Assembly (NCBI GenBank): GCA_046757525.1
Contig: JBHHYI010000154.1
Location: forward strand, 1-10,103
Source: a bacterium
GTDB taxonomy: Bacteria > Zhuqueibacterota > Zhuqueibacteria > Oceanimicrobiales > Oceanimicrobiaceae
DNA length: 10,103 nucleotides
Direction of reading: 5' to 3'
Position numbers and translations under genes: made by a program. Shown here in pieces: positions 6,673-10,103 of the stretch; position 1 is the stretch's first letter, and the number at the start of each line of letters is the position of its first letter. The notes beneath the pieces are model-generated. The model had not been told where the DNA came from and did not search any database. It worked only from the letters and a program-made list of their open reading frames with translations.

Positions 6673-9423
6673 ATGATCGGTAAAACAGTTTCCCATTACC
6701 GCGTCATCCGTAGCCTTGGACATGGTGGAATGGGTGAGGTGTTTGAGGCTGAAGACATCACCCTGAAGCGGCACGTTGCTTTGAAAGTGCTGTCAAATCA
6801 GGAAATTTCTAAAGAAAGCCGGGAACGCTTTATTCGTGAAGCCCAGGCCGCTTCGGCACTGAACCATCCCAACATTGCCATGGTTTACGATTTCTTGGAG
6901 TTAGACACTGGCGATGTGATCGTCATGGAATTTATTGCCGGGCCCACGCTGAAGGCTTTGCTGTCCGAAGGGACTCTGTCAGAGCAAGAAGTGGCGAGAA
7001 TTGGGATGCAGGCGTGTAGTGCTCTCGCTGAAGCCCACAAGAAGGGCCTCGTTCACCGCGACATCAAACCGGAGAATCTGATGCTCTCCGAAAAGGGCGA
7101 GCTCAAGATCACGGATTTCGGTTGCGTGAAGCTTCTCAGCCCGCTCACCGCGGAAAGGACTCAGGTGGGAACCACCCTGGGCACCTTGAGCTACATGTCG
7201 CCGGAGCAGGTGCAGGGATTAGAGGTAGATGGCCGCTCAGATCTGTTTTCCCTCGGTGCGGTGCTTTATGAATTGCTGACCGGCAAGCCGCCTTTTGCCG
7301 GAGAATATGCCGCTTCCGTAGTCTATTCAATCGTGCACGAAGAACCACAATCGTTGCACGAACTAAGGCCGGAGATTCCAGAGAGGCTCGAGCATCTCAT
7401 TCGCAAGGCCCTGGATAAGGACAAAGGTGCACGGTACGACACGGCTGACGCCATGGCCTCGGAGCTCGAGGCCTTGCAGGGTGGCGGTGTCGGTTCGGTG
7501 GCGCCTGGAGCAGCTTCCACTAAACGGGCAGCGACCAGCCGCTGGGTGGTTGCATTGGCCGCCGTGCTGCTCATCGGGTTGTTGGCCACCTTCTTCTTGC
7601 AAAAAAATGCCGGTACGGGAAGGAAAGCTTCTCTGGTGGTGATGCCCTTCGAAATTGCGACCTCGGAGGAAGATTGGCAGTGGCTTGGGGAGGCGTTGCC
7701 GGATTTGCTGAGCAAGGATTTGGCGCAGGAATCTTCCCTGCGCATCTTGAGCGCACAGCGGCGCACGTCGATTGCTCACAGCCTGGGCTTTCAGCATGCT
7801 CTTCTGAGTCAAGCGGAGGCTCTGCAAGTCGCCCGCGAGGGGAAGGCAGGAAAACTAATCTTAGGCAATGTGAACAAGAAGGGAGACACCATCACGGTTT
7901 ATTCGAGTCTCTTCAATACAGAGACGGGCGAATCTCTGGACGGCCTTAAACCTGTAACCGGGAGTGTTGGGAATCTTTACGAATTGGTAGATGAGCTTTC
8001 AGCGAATTTGATGCGTGTGCTGGAATTAGGCTTTGCGGCTGAGTTGACCAATCGAAAGGTCGCCACGATAACCACTTCTTCCATGGACGCTTATCGTTAC
8101 TATTTGGAGGGGAAAGACGCAGCGTTAGACATGCGCCATCAAGAAAGCATAAAAAAGTTAACCCAGGCGATTAAGCTGGACTCTACGTTCATTGAGCCCT
8201 ATTACTATCTGGCCTGGCAGTACCGGGTCATTGGCAACTCGGTCAAGGCTAAAGAAACCTTAACCCGGGGCAAGCCTTTCATCGCCCATCTCTCTGAAGA
8301 GGCCAAATTAGACTACCTGGGTCACGAGGCCAAGAATGACCGGCGCTGGCACGACTACGCAGCCTATTTGGAAAAACTAATTCAAATAGATCCTTCCAGT
8401 GCCGCTTATCTTTATGGCTACGGCAGAACCCAGTACTATTTTTTCCGCAGGTTGGATTCAGGCATTGCGGCCATGGAGAAGGCGCTGCAGTTAGACCCGA
8501 CTTATACCTATGCTTATAACACCCTGGGGTATGCCTACCTGTCCAAAGGGGATAAGGCCAGGGCGTTCGAGATGATCGACAAGTATGTCGCCCTCAATCC
8601 GGCCGATTTCAACCCGCTCGATTCCAAGGCTGAACTACAAGTCTTCGTCGGTCAATACGACGAAGCCATCGCCAATTGCGAACGCATTTTGGCGGTACAT
8701 CCTGACTTTCAGTCTGCCGTAAACAATCTGGCGCGCTCTTATGCAGCTCTGGGCAGATATGCGCGCGGCCTTCAGGTTCTTTCCGATTACCTGGCCGTAG
8801 AAAAGAATCCTCAATTCATCTCGATTGGGAAAACCACTGCAGCAGAAATCCATTTGCTTCAGGGCAATACGGATGCGGCGACCCGGCTAACAACCCAGGC
8901 CATTGAGGCGGATTCGACCAACATGCAAGCCCGATGGGTCCGTGCCAGGGTGGGGTTGCGATTGGATGACAAAAACGCAGTCATGCAAGAATTAGCAGCT
9001 CTGCAACACAATTTAGCCTTGCAGGAAAGTCTCGAAGATATGTGGTACGTCTACTATCTGCGCGGTGCCATGGCCGTTCGCGATGGGGATTTCCATGGTG
9101 CCGTCGCTGTTTTCACCGGGGCGCTGAGTCTTGGACCTTTGGACCGGTCTTTCTACCTAACGGCTCTGGCCAATGCTCGAGCACAATCCGGGCAGTTGCA
9201 AATGGCGGTCAAGCTCTACCAGGAAGCCCTGGCCTTCAACCCTAACAACGCGCTAACTTTGATTGATTTGGCTCGAACGCAAGAATTGCTCGGAGAAAGA
9301 AGCGAAGCTATTCGCCAGTACCGTAGAATTATCGATATCTGGTCGGAGGCCGATGCGGGCCTCCCAGCCTATGAAATGGTAAAGAGCAGCGTGGCCGCTT
9401 TGACAGCGAGCACCCAAAAATAA
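6673..9423 (+). CDS. Membrane-anchored Hanks-type Ser/Thr protein kinase with TolB-like and multiple TPR domains, 916 aa
   Basis: LGHGGMGEV glycine loop, VALK, FIREA, HRDIKPEN, DFG, GTLSYMSPEQ and SDLFSLG. Hydrophobic segment WVVALAAVLLIGLLATFFL. SLVVMPFE...LPDLLSKDL TolB-N-like region. Repeated TPR helices (AIKLDSTF, ALQLDPTY, ALAFNPNN). Confidence 0.96.
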   Translation: MIGKTVSHYRVIRSLGHGGMGEVFEAEDITLKRHVALKVLSNQEISKESRERFIREAQAASALNHPNIAMVYDFLELDTGDVIVMEFIAGPTLKALLSEGTLSEQEVARIGMQACSALAEAHKKGLVHRDIKPENLMLSEKGELKITDFGCVKLLSPLTAERTQVGTTLGTLSYMSPEQVQGLEVDGRSDLFSLGAVLYELLTGKPPFAGEYAASVVYSIVHEEPQSLHELRPEIPERLEHLIRKALDKDKGARYDTADAMASELEALQGGGVGSVAPGAASTKRAATSRWVVALAAVLLIGLLATFFLQKNAGTGRKASLVVMPFEIATSEEDWQWLGEALPDLLSKDLAQESSLRILSAQRRTSIAHSLGFQHALLSQAEALQVAREGKAGKLILGNVNKKGDTITVYSSLFNTETGESLDGLKPVTGSVGNLYELVDELSANLMRVLELGFAAELTNRKVATITTSSMDAYRYYLEGKDAALDMRHQESIKKLTQAIKLDSTFIEPYYYLAWQYRVIGNSVKAKETLTRGKPFIAHLSEEAKLDYLGHEAKNDRRWHDYAAYLEKLIQIDPSSAAYLYGYGRTQYYFFRRLDSGIAAMEKALQLDPTYTYAYNTLGYAYLSKGDKARAFEMIDKYVALNPADFNPLDSKAELQVFVGQYDEAIANCERILAVHPDFQSAVNNLARSYAALGRYARGLQVLSDYLAVEKNPQFISIGKTTAAEIHLLQGNTDAATRLTTQAIEADSTNMQARWVRARVGLRLDDKNAVMQELAALQHNLALQESLEDMWYVYYLRGAMAVRDGDFHGAVAVFTGALSLGPLDRSFYLTALANARAQSGQLQMAVKLYQEALAFNPNNALTLIDLARTQELLGERSEAIRQYRRIIDIWSEADAGLPAYEMVKSSVAALTASTQK

Positions 9424-9441
9424 AGAAAGGAGGTGATGATT

Positions 9442-9570
9442 GTGGACAAATCGACTTCACAGCAAGATCAGCCAAGAGATCCTTCCAGGTCCCCCAAAGA
9501 CAAAGAGACGATGAAGGGTACGACTATCGAAGAAATAGCTCCCAAGGATCCCAAAGACGGACCCCCATGA
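9442..9570 (+). CDS. Unannotated 42-aa hydrophilic peptide MDKSTSQQDQPRDPSRSPKDKETMKGTTIEEIAPKDPKDGPP
   Basis: Extended SD AAAGGAGGTGA (9426-9436) just after the kinase stop. AGGAGG lies 8 nt from GTG 9442, with an in-frame ATG at 9436. TGA at 9568-9570. It falls below the ORF-track length cut-off. Confidence 0.7.
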   Translation: MDKSTSQQDQPRDPSRSPKDKETMKGTTIEEIAPKDPKDGPP

Positions 9571-9658
9571 TCTCAAATTGATTTTCCCTGAGCCCAGGAG
9601 CATTAGAGGGAATTGACACAGCTTTGAATGGATTCAAGATTGCGTTGGGAAAAACGGG

Positions 9659-9693
9659 ACAATGGCCGCACACTGTTGCGGCCATTGTTATTA
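9659..9693 (+). terminator. Perfect 12-bp stem-loop, probable (possibly bidirectional) terminator
   Basis: ACAATGGCCGCA-cactgt-TGCGGCCATTGT (9659-9688), followed by TATTA. It lies between the + strand kinase/peptide unit and the - strand kinase relic. Confidence 0.65.
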
Positions 9694-9821
9694 CTGCCCT
9701 TCCCATGTCGTTTTTCGGAAACTCCGGCGGTATGCACCATGGCCTTTTGTAAAGCGAGGGCGCCGGCTGTATTTCCCAGATGGGCATAGTAACGATTGTC
9801 CTGAATGAACCTGACTTTCTC

Positions 9822-9970
9822 ACCGTGCCTTTGGACAAACTTGGCGCTGCGATACCTGAGCGTGTCCTTGCGGGCCAGCACGGGCATTCCATTCAGGTAG
9901 TGCTGCAAGTCCCCGGCGAGTTGTTGCACCGAGGCAGCCCGAGGCAAAACCTCTTTGCGAGAGCTTCCAT
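9822..9970 (-). pseudogene. Fragment of a second Ser/Thr kinase (end of catalytic domain and juxtamembrane segment)
   Basis: RKEVLPRAASVQQLAGDLQHYLNGMPVLARKDTLRYRSAKFVQRH matches the ALRKEPxRRYxSVxQLxxDLxRYLxGxPVxARxDTxxYRxxKFVxRH tail of bacterial kinases. MEAL sits in an adjacent frame (1-nt frameshift). The flanks are not kinase-like. Confidence 0.75.
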
Positions 9971-9985
9971 GAAACGCTCCTCTTC

Positions 9986-10074
9986 GTAACGCAATCGTCT
10001 CGATTGCGAGGGCCAATTCTCCCTTTGAAGGGAGACAGATTTTCGCTTGTCCAGAGCGAAAATCAGAGGGATGA
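9986..10074. repeat. Cluster of three REP-like hairpins
   Basis: GTAA-CGCAATCG-tct-CGATTGCG (9986-10008). TCTCCCTT-tg-AAGGGAGA (10018-10035). GATTTTCGCT-tgtccag-AGCGAAAATC (10038-10064), followed by AGAGGGATGA. Confidence 0.7.
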
Positions 10075-10103
10075 CTGAGCGCCCGAACTGTGGCTCGGGA
10101 TTT

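Noticed and set aside
7145..9245. Short ORFs inside the kinase gene
   Set aside because: These are shadow frames with no independent signals.
9442..9570. Calling the 42-aa peptide a graspetide (microviridin/plesiocin-like) RiPP precursor
   Set aside because: It is rich in T/S/K/D/E, but no ATP-grasp ligase or other maturase is in the window and no known leader or core consensus is matched.
9524..10016. ORFs 9524..9892, 9603..10016 and 9780..9989 as intact genes
   Set aside because: Only the central ~45 codons of 9603..10016 are protein-like (the kinase relic). The rest crosses hairpins and the terminator.
1..10103. CRISPR array, tRNA or rRNA genes
   Set aside because: I saw no regularly spaced direct repeats, cloverleaf or rRNA-like sequence.

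Overview
This is a bacterial accessory-type region. From left to right it holds: an intact integron integrase (IntI-type tyrosine recombinase, 171..1172 +) with an AT-rich upstream region and no recognisable attC site in the window; a ~790-bp intergenic stretch with a convergent promoter/SD, a terminator-like hairpin and a MITE-like element enclosing a REP/dRS3-like palindrome; a secreted PL1-type pectate lyase (1960..3318 -) bracketed by two related GTCATT...AATGAC palindromes; a 77-aa hypothetical gene with its own promoter; a coupled gpgS-mpgP/gpgP pair (glucosylglycerate-type compatible solute synthesis); and a divergent membrane Hanks-type Ser/Thr kinase with TolB-like and TPR domains (6673..9423 +). 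The most notable feature missing from the ORF track is a 42-aa ORF (9442..9570) directly after the kinase. It has a near-perfect Shine-Dalgarno, four P-[K/R]-D motifs and a perfect 12-bp hairpin downstream, suggesting a kinase/small-peptide unit. The window ends with a relic of a second Ser/Thr kinase and a cluster of REP-like hairpins. All calls come from motif reading by eye; no searches were run.
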